Positions 1 through 12,136 of a stretch of DNA of 49,930 nt are shown here, in pieces (the stretch's first letter is position 1; each line of letters starts with the position of its first letter). Source of the DNA: Octopus bimaculoides (Eukaryota); contig NC_068996.1 in assembly GCF_001194135.2 (NCBI RefSeq), forward strand, positions 57,066,023 through 57,115,952, written 5' to 3'. Both the position numbers and the translations under genes were made by a program. The notes under the pieces were generated by a model. The model had not been told where the DNA came from. It saw only the letters and a program-made list of their open reading frames with translations, and ran no database searches.

Positions 1-370
1 CATAAGATGCACTATTTTGAGCGTGGCCGTTGCCAGTACTGCCTGACCGGCTTCCGTAGGATTTTCGAGCGAGATCGTTGCCAGTGCCCCTGGACTGGCT
101 TGTGCGGGTGGCACATAAAAGACACCATTTCGAGCGTGGCCGTTGCCAGTATCGCCTGACTGGCATTCGTGCAGGTGACACGTAAAAGCACCCACTACAC
201 TCTCTGAGTGGTTGGCGTTAGGAAGGGCATCCAGCTGTAGAAACTCTGCCAAATTTAGATTGGAGCCTGGTGTTGCCATCCGGTTTCACCAGTCCTCAGT
301 CAAATCATCCAACCCATGCTAGCATGGAAAGCGGACGTTAAACGATGATGATGATGATGATGATGATGAT
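1..370 (+). mobile_element. 3' tail of RTE-type LINE (or short derivative) with stem-loop units and (GAT)n end
   Basis: Same GAGTGGTTGGCGTTAGGAAGGGCATCCAGCTGTAGAAAC...CCAACCCATGCTAGCATGGAAAGCGGACGTTAAACGATGATGAT tail that ends the RT-coding RTE copy at 10236-12088; cut by the window edge. Confidence 0.85.
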
Positions 371-876
371 ATATTAATAAGTGATTATCGAAAATCTTTA
401 AATATCATTATGATTCTCCAGTAATCATTGATATATTTAGTAAAATTATTCAATACCATTTGATACGAATAGAAAAAATCCCAAAATCTTGATAGGATTA
501 TGAAGTGAAAGTCAATAAGCACACCTTTGATTACCCTTATTCTTTAGCTTCATTAATACATATGTAACTCACAGTCTTTAAAAATCTCTAAATCTTTACT
601 TCTTTCTCACTCACTGATAAAAATATGCAGTACAGTAATCCCTTCACTATTGCGGGTGTTATGTTCCAAAACCTCACACAGGAATAATTAAAATTTAAAA
701 ATATTGGCCACAGAAATCCAGATATACTGAGGAGTCCGCAATATATATTTGCATATATTAGTCAGAAAAATACACGATGTATTGAGTGCATGATAGGTGA
801 ATCGCAATATGGTGAGAGATTGCTATAGTTTGTTTCTGTAAGCAAATCATCATCATCATCATCAATATTATTATTG

Positions 877-1092
877 AGGTGAGCTGGCAAAATCATTAGT
901 GTGCCAGACAAAATGCTTAGTAGCATTTCATCTGTCTTTACGTTTTGAGTTCAAATTCCACTAAGGTCAACTTTGCCTTTCATCCATTTAAGATCATTAA
1001 AATAGGTACCAATTGAGATATAGGTTCAGTGTCATCCGCTGCCCCCGCTCACAAAATTCGGGCCTTCTGCCAAAATCAGAACTAATAATAAT
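877..1092 (+). mobile_element. tRNA-headed SINE, family A (diverged copy)
   Basis: GAGCTGGCAAAA head, B-box-like GAGTTCAAATTCC, body GGTCAACTTTGCCTTTCATCC shared with copies at 2699-3126, 37466, 40395 and 47377. Confidence 0.8.
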
Positions 1093-1340
1093 TTCAAGTT
1101 TTTGTCACAATGGCAGCTTCTGGAAGGGGATTAAGTCAATTACATCGACCCCAGTGTGTAACTGGTATTTATATCTTAATATCAGAGCTAATAATAATAC
1201 TCATCAAGAAAAATTCACTGTCATGCAATACTCAGATGTCATGAATGTGTTAAGCATATATATGTGTACATAAATGTGTAAATACACTCACACATTTGTA
1301 TTTATGTGTGTGTGTGCATGTATGTTTATGTGTATATATG

Positions 1341-1574
1341 TGTTGTGATAAGAGTTATGATGCCCCCTTGCATGAAATAGATTAAACTAAGTGATTATAA
1401 ATAGTAGCAGCGGTTGGAGTGATGTTGGTGTGTTAGTTCAAGTTGAGTTTGCAGTGAAATCAGAAGGTGTCGGTTGTGTTAGTTCGTTTGGAATATTGAC
1501 TGTTGGTTTGTGAAGAGATTGTTGGATCATTCCACTGTTATTACTGCTTCATCATTATCTTGCTTACTGTTACA
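1341..1574 (+). mobile_element. Probable 5' LTR of the Gypsy element
   Basis: Begins TGTTGTG and ends TGTTACA, followed by AAAC-TGG (PBS-like) and then the gag-like ORF. No second LTR copy found, so the boundaries are inferred. Confidence 0.55.
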
Positions 1575-1585
1575 AAACTGGTACA

Positions 1586-2590
1586 GTGTATCTAAACCAT
1601 CCATCACAATATCGTGGCAGTACCACAACATTTGAAGATGGAGGGTACAACATCTGGCGACAAGGGTTTCAAATGTTAGGTTATTCAACAATTTGTTCGA
1701 CATACAACTTGGTAAATGATGGAAGACCTATTAGCTTCTATAATACAGTTGCAAAAGCAACAACAAGAACAGCAACAGGAGTTGCAGAAGTACAGCAACA
1801 ACTACAACAACAACAACAATTATTAGAGCTATGCGCAAAGAAGTCCGAAAATGCAGTAAGTTCATTTTTGTCAGACAGCATATCAAACTCCATAACAGAA
1901 TTCAGTTATAACCCAGAGGAGGGTATAACTTTTACAGCATACTACAGAAAGCATGAGGAGATTTTTAAGGAAGATTGCAAATCAAAGTCAGATGAAAAAA
2001 AAGTAAGGTTATTATTATGTAAATTAGCCCTGTCTGAGCATGAACGATACTGTAATTTCATATTGCCAAAAATTCTATTGAAATTTGTTTTCAGGAAACA
2101 ATCAAATTACTGTCTAATATGTTTGATGATAAAACTTCTTCATTTACCACTTGAATGGAGGGTTGGAATTTAACTGAAAAAGAGGATGATGACTTTATTA
2201 TGTATACAGAAAAAGTCAAAAGAATGTGTGGAGGTTTTAAACTTAAAGAACTTACTCCTGAGATGTTTAAGTGTCTCATTTTTGTACAAGGCCTTACAGC
2301 AAATGAAGATACAGAAATCTAGGCAAAAATTCTTTCGAAATTTGGACAAACAAACCAAGCTTTAACTCGGCAGACTGTTGCAGAAGAGTATTAAATGATG
2401 GTGAACTTGAAAGACAACATCAACCAAGAAAGTTTATGTCAACCAAGTAAGTATAAGCAAAGTAGGTTGCTAGGTCTTAATCCATGTAACAGATGGTGGA
2501 GGTCTACATTTCAGAAAAGATTATCCTTTTAAGAACCAAAAATGATACAGTTGTCAAAAATTTGGATACAAGAGTTCACTCTGCAGGACA
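1586..2590 (+). pseudogene. gag: Gypsy gag, degenerate
   Basis: ITEFSYNPEEGITF...DEKKVRLLL...EHERYCNFILPK motif typical of invertebrate Gypsy gag. A decayed double CCHC knuckle lies at about 2482-2587 (PCNR-GGGLHFRKDYPFKNQK*YSCQKFGYKSSLC). Frameshifts and stops present. Confidence 0.85.
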
Positions 2591-2698
2591 AAAGTACAAA
2601 GGTCAAATGTAAAAAATTCTAAAGTGCTCTCAGCAGAAAGTAAAACCGACTCTGAAATAAGGAAATTTGTACAAGTAAAAGTAAACAGAGTAAATATT

Positions 2699-3126
2699 CT
2701 TTTCTACTCTTGGCACATGGCCTGAAATTTTGGAGGAGGGGGCCAGTCGATTAGATCGACCCCAATATGCAAACAATGCTTAATTTATCGACCCCAAAAG
2801 GATGAAAGGCAAAGTCGACCTTGGTGGAATTTGAACTCAGAACATAGACAGATGAAACGCTGCTAAGCATTTCACCCGGCGAGCTAATGTTTCTTATTTC
2901 TTTATTGCCCACTGGGGGCTAAACATAGAGGGGACAAAGAAGGACAGATAAAGAGAGTAAGTCAATTATATCGACCCCAGTGCGTAACTGGTGCTTATTT
3001 TATTGACCCCGAAAGGATGAAAGACAAAGTCAACCTCAGCAGAATTTGAACTCAGAACGTAACGGCAGACGAAATACCGCTAAGCATTTTGACCGGTGTG
3101 CTAACATTTCTGCCAGCTCGCCACCT
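2699..3126 (-). mobile_element. Head-to-tail dimer of family A SINEs inserted in the Gypsy element
   Basis: Two SINE bodies (about 2699-2893 and 2894-3126) flanked by a perfect 17-bp TSD, TAAACAGAGTAAATATT, at 2682-2698 and 3127-3143. Confidence 0.9.
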
Positions 3127-4540
3127 TAAACAGAGTAAATATTAAAATACATCTGGATAGTGGTAGTGACATTTCAATCATTAATACTGACACGTGGAAG
3201 AAAATAAGGAAACCTATGTTAAGAAAAACAGTGAAAACTGCTCAAGACAGGTGACAAACTACATTTTGTAGGTGAAATGTACAATGATATCACATTTCAA
3301 GGAAAAACTTGCAAGTTGAAAGTTTTCATCGTGAAGAACACAACCAATCTGTTTGGTACCAACTGGTTGGAGTTATTTGATTTATGGGATCTCCCAATAA
3401 ACCAGTATTGTAAAAAATTAAATGGCTGCTCCACCAGGGAAAAGAAATCAGCATCTGAATTGAAGAAAAAATTAATTAAAAGAGTTATGTGTAGTGTTAT
3501 TCACAAACTGCCAGAGACAGCTCATGAAATAAAAATGGAATCCACAGAGGATAATTACAAGAATGAAAGAAATGGAAAATAAACAAAATAGAAATACAAA
3601 TTTGAATAATTTTTCACTATGCAACAATGTTTTAGTACACACACAGAGTGGTAGTACCAACTGCACTACAGAAACCAGTTTTGCAGGAATTCCACAGTGG
3701 ACAACCAGGAATATTAATAATGAAAGCCTTAATGAGGAGCTATGTATATTGGCCAACAATGGACTGGGACATTGAAAATTGTGTAAAATCATGTAGATGT
3801 TGTGTGCTAGCAGCCAAAGCACCACCAGTGAAATACCAATCATAGCCTGAGACAGATAGTCTGTGGTCCAGGGTGCATATTGACTACGTTGGACTGGAAA
3901 ACAGTGCATACTGTCTAATTATTGTTGATAGCAGTACAAAGTGGCCAGAGGTATGCAGGTGCAATAAACCAACCACAAAGACAACAATAAAGTTCCTGTA
4001 TGAATTATTTGCATGATACGATGTTCCAGACATGTTGCTATCAGATAATGGAACACAATTTATAGGTAGTGAATTCAAAAATTTCTGCAAAATACATGTG
4101 GTAAAGCATATTTTTACCCCACCCTACCACCCGAGGTCAAACAGGCAGGTAGAAAGATTCATTTATACTTTCAAGTGAGAGTTAAAAAAGACAAGGAATG
4201 ACATAAGTGATGACAAAGTACCAACGAAATTCTTCAGGATATATAGAGTAACACCCAACCTGAATACCCGTTCAGGAAAGTCTCTGGCAGAGTTAATGTT
4301 CACATGGAAAATAAAATTGATCTTTGATAAATTATTACTATGGAAAAATATATTTAAAGGAAATACAGAAAAGGCAAAATAACATTTTGAAGTTATAAAA
4401 ATGGTAAAGAAGGCTAGGAAAATGGTTTTTGTAAGTAAAAGATTAGGAAACATGATGTATGTAATTAAAGGACAATATTGGAAACATAAGAGACACCTAA
4501 ACCAATTAAAGACAAGACATAGAAAAGGAAATACCAATGG
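3127..4540 (+). pseudogene. pol: Gypsy pol remnant: aspartic protease joined directly to integrase (RT/RNase H absent)
   Basis: Protease LDSGSDISII (3153 onward) and LFGTNWL. Integrase H-x3-Q(H)-...CxxC zinc region (FHSGQPG...CRCC) and core HIDY / SDNGTQF / PRSNRQVERF. Multiple stops. Confidence 0.9.
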
Positions 4541-4759
4541 AAGTCTGCTATGACAGAACTCCCAACAAAACGGAACTTCCAACTAATGTGTGCCCTTCTT
4601 TCATTGTCCACTCACTCATGTATATATATGCATTTATATATGTGTGTATGAATATATACATATAAATGTGTACGTGTATACACACACACACATATCTATA
4701 TATATATTCACACTTATACGTATTTATATGTCCCCACATCTATATATATGCATGTATTA

Positions 4760-4920
4760 AGGTCATTGGCATTTGGAAGGGCATCTGGTCATACCAACCA
4801 TGTCAAAGTTGACACTAGGACTCCACACAGCCTTGCAGCTTGCCAGATCCTGTCAAACCATCCAACCTGTACCAGCTGGAAAACTGGGAATTAAATAATG
4901 ATGATGGTTATGCAGATGAT
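4760..4920 (+). mobile_element. Diverged RTE-type 3' tail
   Basis: GGAAGGGCATC...GTCAAACCATCCAACC...GATGATG, similar to the other RTE tails. Confidence 0.6.
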
Positions 4921-4937
4921 TTTTACCATACACACAC

Positions 4938-5012
<75 letters not shown>

Positions 5013-5819
5013 NNNNNNNNNNNNNNNNNNNNNNNNNNNNNNNNNNNNNNNNNNNNNNNNNNNNNNNNNNNNNNNNNNNNNNNNNNNNNNNNNNNNNNNN
5101 NNNNNNNNNNNNNNNNNNNNNNNNNNNNNNNNNNNNNNNNNNNNNNNNNNNNNNNNNNNNNNNNNNNNNNNNNNNNNNNNNNNNNNNNNNNNNNNNNNNN
5201 NNNNNNNNNNNNNNNNNNNNNNNNNNNNNNNNNNNNNNNNNNNNNNNNNNNNNNNNNNNNNNNNNNNNNNNNNNNNNNNNNNNNNNNNNNNNNNNNNNNN
5301 NNNNNNNNNNNNNNNNNNNNNNNNNNNNNNNNNNNNNNNNNNNNNNNNNNNNNNNNNNNNNNNNNNNNNNNNNNNNNNNNNNNNNNNNNNNNNNNNNNNN
5401 NNNNNNNNNNNNNNNNNNNNNNNNNNNNNNNNNNNNNNNNNNNNNNNNNNNNNNNNNNNNNNNNNNNNNNNNNNNNNNNNNNNNNNNNNNNNNNNNNNNN
5501 NNNNNNNNNNNNNNNNNNNNNNNNNNNNNNNNNNNNNNNNNNNNNNNNNNNNNNNNNNNNNNNNNNNNNNNNNNNNNNNNNNNNNNNNNNNNNNNNNNNN
5601 NNNNNNNNNNNNNNNNNNNNNNNNNNNNNNNNNNNNNNNNNNNNNNNNNNNNNNNNNNNNNNNNNNNNNNNNNNNNNNNNNNNNNNNNNNNNNNNNNNNN
5701 NNNNNNNNNNNNNNNNNNNNNNNNNNNNNNNNNNNNNNNNNNNNNNNNNNNNNNNNNNNNNNNNNNNNNNNNNNNNNNNNNNNNNNNNNNNNNNNNNNNN
5801 NNNNNNNNNNNNNNNNNNN

Positions 5820-6123
5820 CGTGAGAAGACCCGGCAAGCCAAGTAAGATCGTTGCCAGTGCCCCTGGACTGGCTCTTGTGCGGGTGGCACATAAAAGACA
5901 CCATTTCAAGCGTGGCCGTTTTCGTGCGGGTGACACGTAAAAGCACCCACTACACTCTCTGAGTGGTTGGCGTTAGGAAGGGCATCCAGCTGTAGAAACT
6001 CTGCCAAATTAGATTGGAGCCTGGTGTAGCCATCCGGTTGCACCAGTCCTCAGTCAAATCGTCCAACCCATGCTAGCATGGAAAGCAGACGTTAAACGAT
6101 GATGATGATGATGATGATGATGA
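5820..6123 (+). mobile_element. RTE-type 3' tail with (GAT)n
   Basis: Highly similar to 60-370; 5' side lost in the N gap 5013-5819. Confidence 0.85.
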
Positions 6124-6840
6124 TATATACTTTTTATGCATTTGAACGCATATGTACATATATAAACATATTCCATTGAAATATTTTGATATTTTTTCAG
6201 GCCATCTCGTGGACAAAACATACGCCATGTAGTCACACAGCCAACGCTACCCATGAATATGCAATCTCAGGAATATATCGAACAAAAGTCACGAATATGG
6301 GCTTCCAGTCAAAAGAAGTTCGCGCTTGTAAGAAAACATTTTTTCATCTTTTAATTATTGATGTTGTTCATTACACCTGAGCTAATAAATTACACCAAAG
6401 TTACACCTGAATTAATAAATAACTCATGATTCCTTTCCCATATTTTTTTCTCATTAGTGAAAAGATATGATTTTGCCTGTTTGTCTGGTAATATATAAGA
6501 TTTTTAAAAGAACAAATATGAATGTATTATTTCAACCAAATAATTCCACCATAAAGAAACATTCCACAAGTACATTAGCGTCTGATGTAAATTATTAATT
6601 ACGTATGGAACACAATAGAATAACAACATTTTTAATATGTTATGTGAATGTATGTGTTTAAGTATATACATATATATTTGTATATGTGTGTGTGAATGTA
6701 TATATATTTGAAGGTATAAATATATACATATATATATATATACATATATATGTGTATGTATACAACATATATATGCATACACACATATATATATGTATAT
6801 ATTTTTATATGTGTATGTGTGTGTACATATAAACATGCAC

Positions 6841-6871
<31 letters not shown>

Positions 6872-7440
6872 CATACTCATACACATCGGAGTGAGCAACA
6901 CATTTTATTGCATGATATTACAATTGTTTCATCACCATTTTACCAGAGGATCATTGCTGAAATATTATAATATAATATATCAAAAATAATACATTGTAAC
7001 AGTATTGTTTTAAGATGTTTTGTTTTTACTGTGGTATGCTAATGAAATGAAGATAACATCATCAATGTGAGATATATATTCTGTGAAATAAGGTTTAATT
7101 TAACAAACTGTTTGGTATATCCAAAAAGTTGACACTTATCAGTATTTCTGAAAAATAGTGAAATGATGTACCATTCCATCTATTATATAATAACATTTCA
7201 GTAAGGATCTCATGATAAAGTTGCAATGAAACAATTGTAGTTATTATGCAATAAAACATGTGGCTCACTCCATTCTTTTTGTTTAAATTTATATAAATAT
7301 CATGGACTTCCAGATGTATTTTCAGTAATACTGTTGATTTTCAGCCATAAATTGTGTCTGATAATCAAAATCCCTATTCAGGTTTTCTAAAGCAAACTTC
7401 AGTTTTAATAACCAAATTGAATTGATGAGTGGCTCTGTGG

Positions 7441-8485
7441 TAACATCCGTTTTCCATGTTGGCATGAATCAGATGGTTTGACAGGAGCTATCTGAGGAGC
7501 TTTCAGGCTCCATGTCTGTTTTTAATTCTACTGCTGGATGCCCTTCCTAATACCAACCACTTAATAGAATGTACTGGGTGCTTTTCATGTGGCACCATAT
7601 GAGTGTTCTTATGCAGTGCTGATATGAGTGCTTTTCATGTGTCACCAGTACAAGACTCTTGTAGGTTAATCCTTTTCCCCAAGGGGGAAGTGGCCTTAAC
7701 ACTTCTGCTGTGGAGTATAACTCTTCTTGGGCACAGCATGGTGTCAGGTATCTTGGTCTTTTGTCATCTTGTCCAAAAGGTTTAGCATCCTGAGGTCGTC
7801 CTTCAGTACTTTGTCCCATGTCATCCTGAGTCTCCCTCTTCCACAACATCAATCCATTTTGAGTAAACAACACTTCTTTATGGTGCTGTCAGCATTCATC
7901 TGTTCTTGCTTGCATGCTACCTCTAATTCCTCTTCTGAATAACTTCTCTCTCAAAACACTAGCAGTCTGTCAAACATGTACACTTACAATACACATCCAA
8001 CAGAGCATACTAGCTTCATTTCTCTCTAGCCTTCATATGTCCTCTGCATTCAGGGCCCATGTCTCACTACTATGTATAATTGCTGTCTGTATATATGTAT
8101 CACACAATTTTCCTTTCACTTGGAGAGAGAAACCATTTGTGGCCAACAGAGGTAACAACTCTCTGAATATCCTCCATCCTATTCTTATTCTAGCTATTAC
8201 ACTTTTTGTGCATCCTCCCTCACTATTAATTTTGCCCCTTAGGTAGCAGAAATTATCTACTACCTCTAATGAGCCACCAGGACATTTGAGAGAATCAATT
8301 TCCCAAGTCTCACACTGGGTACACTATATGGAATTCCTGCCTACATCTTTCCTGCAAAGCAAGCAGAGCCATTTATCTGAAAGGAGTAGGGTCCTGTCTG
8401 TTTTCTTACTAAGTAAGACTTTAGACTTTGCTAAGTTATTCTTAAGGTCCTTAGCTTCCAGGTTTTGCTTCCACTTCTGGAATTT
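7441..8485 (-). mobile_element. 5'-truncated RTE LINE (C-terminal ORF2 and 3' tail)
   Basis: Minus-strand translation KFQKWKQNLEAKDL...EVVDNFCYL...ARIRIGWRIFRELLPLL...SETWAL...GRGRLRMTWDKVLKDDLRML, then the tail at 7441-7600; many stops. Confidence 0.85.
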
Positions 8486-8524
8486 CATATATATATATAT
8501 ATATATATATGACAACCAAATTTG

Positions 8525-8838
8525 ATGACTGGCACCCATGCCAGTGGAGTGCTAACAGCACCATCCGAGCTGGATCACTGCCAGAGCAGCAGTCTCGTTC
8601 CTATGCTGGTGGCACATAAAAAGCACCATTTGAGCATGGCCGTTGCCATACCCTCGTGCCGGTGGCACGTAAAAAGCACCCACTACTCTCTCGGAGTGGT
8701 TGACATTAGGAAGGGCATCCAGCTGTAGAAACTCTGCCAGATCAGATTGGAGCCTGGTGTAGCCATCTGGTTTGCCAGTCCCCAGTCAAATCGTCCAACC
8801 CATGCTAGCATGGAAAGTGGACATTAAATGATGATGAT
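8525..8838 (+). mobile_element. RTE-type 3' tail with (GAT)n
   Basis: Same tail sequence as 1-370. Confidence 0.85.
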
Positions 8839-9361
8839 ATATACCCAAATTGAGGAACTTGGGCAGGTAAAATCCAGTCTACATTTGTTTCCTTGGTAGC
8901 AGATCCTCCGGTGTAATAATTTTTAAAATATCTCAAATTATATCTTCACTGAGTCAACTTGAGATTCCTTAACAACACTATAACCATCATATAATTAAGG
9001 TATCTTTGGCCTGGTGAGTAGCTAGCAGAGTACCCTTTGTTGAGTAATAGATCTGCTACCTAGGAAACCTATATAGCCTGGATTTTGCCTGTTCCACTCT
9101 CTCAATTTGGATTTTCATTCACATTCATAGCAACTAGAGTTGCTAACTGTGAGCTATAAAAATATTTTTCTCAGCTTATTGAACTTCAACATGGAAAAGC
9201 CTATAGCCTTCAATGCCAATAAATTATCATTGTTCCTGAAAGTTTTTTTTTTTTATATAACTACCACAGACTACTTGAAGCTTACTAGCTCCCTACACTT
9301 AGACCCTTGTATCTTATAATTACATGCACGCACACACACACAGATACACACACAGACAGAC

Positions 9362-9422
<61 letters not shown>

Positions 9423-10092
9423 TAGATATGTGTACATGCATGTATGTATATATACACGCATACATTTTTAGATAGCTAGCGACAGACAGACAGATTATTT
9501 ATTTATATACACACATGTACACACATGTGTAGGTGTTAGGTGTATATACTTATGTGTATATGTAATTAAATGTGCTTCACACTATTTGAAAATGCTACAG
9601 TTGGGTGTAATGAAACTCTTTAATGCTTTGTACATACTGCTCTCTCTCTCTCTCTCCCACATACAAATACACTCACCCCGCCTTCGGTTCTCTGGCAAAT
9701 ATTTAGCTAATTATGAAAATGTTTTTGCACGTTCCGCTCCCCAATAGTGATATCATTATGCACCAGAATTTGAAAGAAAAAAAATAAGCTAAAGAAATAA
9801 CCCATTAATCTCAGAAAAGTCATATAATTTCCATTGCTATTAATGATAACCAGTAAATGATTCACAAAGCTATTAATGTTTTGTTTATAAAAATCAGTTT
9901 GGATTTGGGGCAAATTAAATAAATATGTTACATACACTGATTTTTGTGAAAGTAGCTGATCAGAGGAAATATACAATCAATATTGTCAGCAATTAAGTAG
10001 GATTAGGGTTAGGGTTTTGAAGAGTTGGCTTTTGGAGAAGCTTTCATGGTTGTATGTTTATGAAGTTTACTTTTCAAACAAATGATTTATCA

Positions 10093-10197
10093 TTCAGTCC
10101 CACTGCATGGCACCTTAGGCAAGTGTCTTTTACCAATAGCTTTGGGTCAGAAAATGCCTTGTATGGGAATTTGGTAGATGGAAACTGAAAGAAGCCG

Positions 10198-10200
<3 letters not shown>
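10093..10200 (+). mobile_element. SINE family B fragment (CORE-like)
   Basis: GCACCTTAGGCAAGTGTCTT...GGTAGATGGAAACTGAAAGAAGCC matches the fuller copy at 20474-20877. Confidence 0.75.
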
Positions 10201-10235
<35 letters not shown>

Positions 10236-10238
<3 letters not shown>

Positions 10239-12088
10239 AAACTAATTAGGAAGAGAGTTAGTTTAGATGCGATGCAGTTTGGATTTGTGCCAGGGAGAAG
10301 CACCAGCTGATGCTATATTTTTGGTAAGACAGCTGCAGGAGAAATATATGACTTCTGTTGACATGAAGAAAGCCTTTGACAAGATACCCCGATCCCTTAT
10401 CTGGTGGTTAATGCAGAAACTAGGGATAGATGAGTGATTAGTGAGAGCTTTGCAAGCCATGTACAGGGACGCTGTCAGTAGGGTGAGGGTTGGCAACGAG
10501 TACAGTGAAGAGTTTAGGGTACAAGTAGGGGTTCACTAAGTATCAGTCCTCAGTCCCCTCTTGTTCATCATAGTCTTCCAGGTAATAACAGAGGAATTCA
10601 AGACAGACTTTTCTTGGGAGCTCCTCTATGCTTATGACCTTGTTCTTATAGCTGAATCACTACCAGAACAAGAGAAGTTTCAGGTGTGGAAGCAAGGTCT
10701 AAAATCAAAGAGCTTTAGAATTAACATAGCAAAGATCTAAGTCTTTGTAAGTAGGAAGGCAGACAAATCACAAATCCTCTCAGGTAGATGGCCCTGCTCA
10801 ATCTGTAGGAAAGGTATAGGTACAAGTTCCATAAGATGTACACAGTGAAAGCTATATACACATAAGAGGTGCAATAGTATCAGAGGGCGGTTAACAGGGA
10901 AACTTGTTTTGTGTGTGGAAGGTGCACATGTACAATTAAAAATAAAAGCGTACAAAGAATAGACTCCATCAAATGCCAGAAGGGAAAACTATTAGTAGTT
11001 GATAGCTTCTATTACCAAGATGACCAAGTCAGTAGTGGGAAAATGGATGCTGCAAGAATGTAGCTTCTAGAATAAGAATAGTTTGGGTAAAGTTCAGAGA
11101 GCTTCTACCTCTGTTGGTAACCAACAGCCTGTCAGAGTGAAAGGCAGATTGCATGATGCCTGTGTATGAACAGCCATGCTATATGGCAGTGAAACATGAG
11201 CTGTGACTGCCAAGGACATACATAGGCTTGAAAGAAATGAAGCTAGTATGCTTTGCTGGATGTGCAATATCAGTGTGCATGTAGAGCAGAGTGTAAACAT
11301 CCTCAGAGAAAAGTTGGGCATAAGAGGCATCAAGTGTGGTATGCAAGACAACTGTGCTGGTATGGTCATGTGATGTGTATGGACAGCTCTGTGAAGTGTT
11401 GCACTCTAATGGTGGAAGAGGTAAACCCAAGAAGACATGGGATGAGGTGCTGAAGCATGACCTTCGGATGTTGGGCCTCACTGAGACGATGGCAAGTGAA
11501 GTGTGCTTTCCAAATGCTGGGCTTCACTGAGGCAATTACAAGCATCTGAGACCTTTGGAGATATGCTGTGCTTGAGAAAACCTGTCAAGTCAAGTGAGAT
11601 CAAAGTCATGACCAATGCCAGTGTCATGTAACTGGCCCATTAAAAGCACCTTTCAGCATTGGCAGATATGCTGTGCTTGTGAAGACCTGTTGAGCCAAGT
11701 GAAATCGTAGTCATGACCAATATACCAGTGCTGTCTGATTGGCACCTATGTCAGTGGCACACAAAAAGCACCGTTCAAGCATCAGGCCTCATGGAGGCAG
11801 TGACAGGTGACTGAGACCTTTGGCAATATACCATGCTGTGTAGACCTGTCAAGCCAAATTAGACCATAGTCGTGGCTGATGTCAGTCTCAGATCAATGGC
11901 ACCTATGCCAGTGACATGTAAAAAACACTCACTACACTCTTGGAGTGGTTGGCAATAGGAAGAGCATCCAGCCATAGAAACCTTGCCAAATCAGATCGGA
12001 ACCTGATGCAACTTCCTGGCTTACCAGTTTTCAGTCAAACTGTCCAGCCCATGCCAGCATGGAAAGCAGATGTTAAATGATGATGATG
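10236..12088 (+). mobile_element. 5'-truncated RTE LINE: RT domain, PHD-like insert, repeated 3' UTR, (GAT)n tail
   Basis: QFGFVPGRST, DMKKAFD, GVH*VSVLSPLLF, LLYAYDLVL (decayed YADD), GSETWA, GKPKKTWDEVLKHDL; stops and frameshifts throughout. Confidence 0.92.
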
Positions 12089-12136
12089 TCATACATACAT
12101 ATATGTGTGTGTGTGTGTGCGTGTATACATATATAT

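Noticed and set aside
4840-5946. Long ORFs of 300+ aa (also around 12305-13131, 15416-15705, 38997-39747, 48163-48963)
   Set aside because: Artefacts of N gaps translated as X plus (TA)n/(CA)n repeats.
6504-6989. Y/I/C/V/H/T-rich ORFs here and at many other sites (e.g. 28000-28300, 34210-34535, 45165-45565)
   Set aside because: Translations of dinucleotide and tetranucleotide microsatellites.
10001-10016. TTAGGG x2 telomere motif
   Set aside because: Too short to distinguish from chance.
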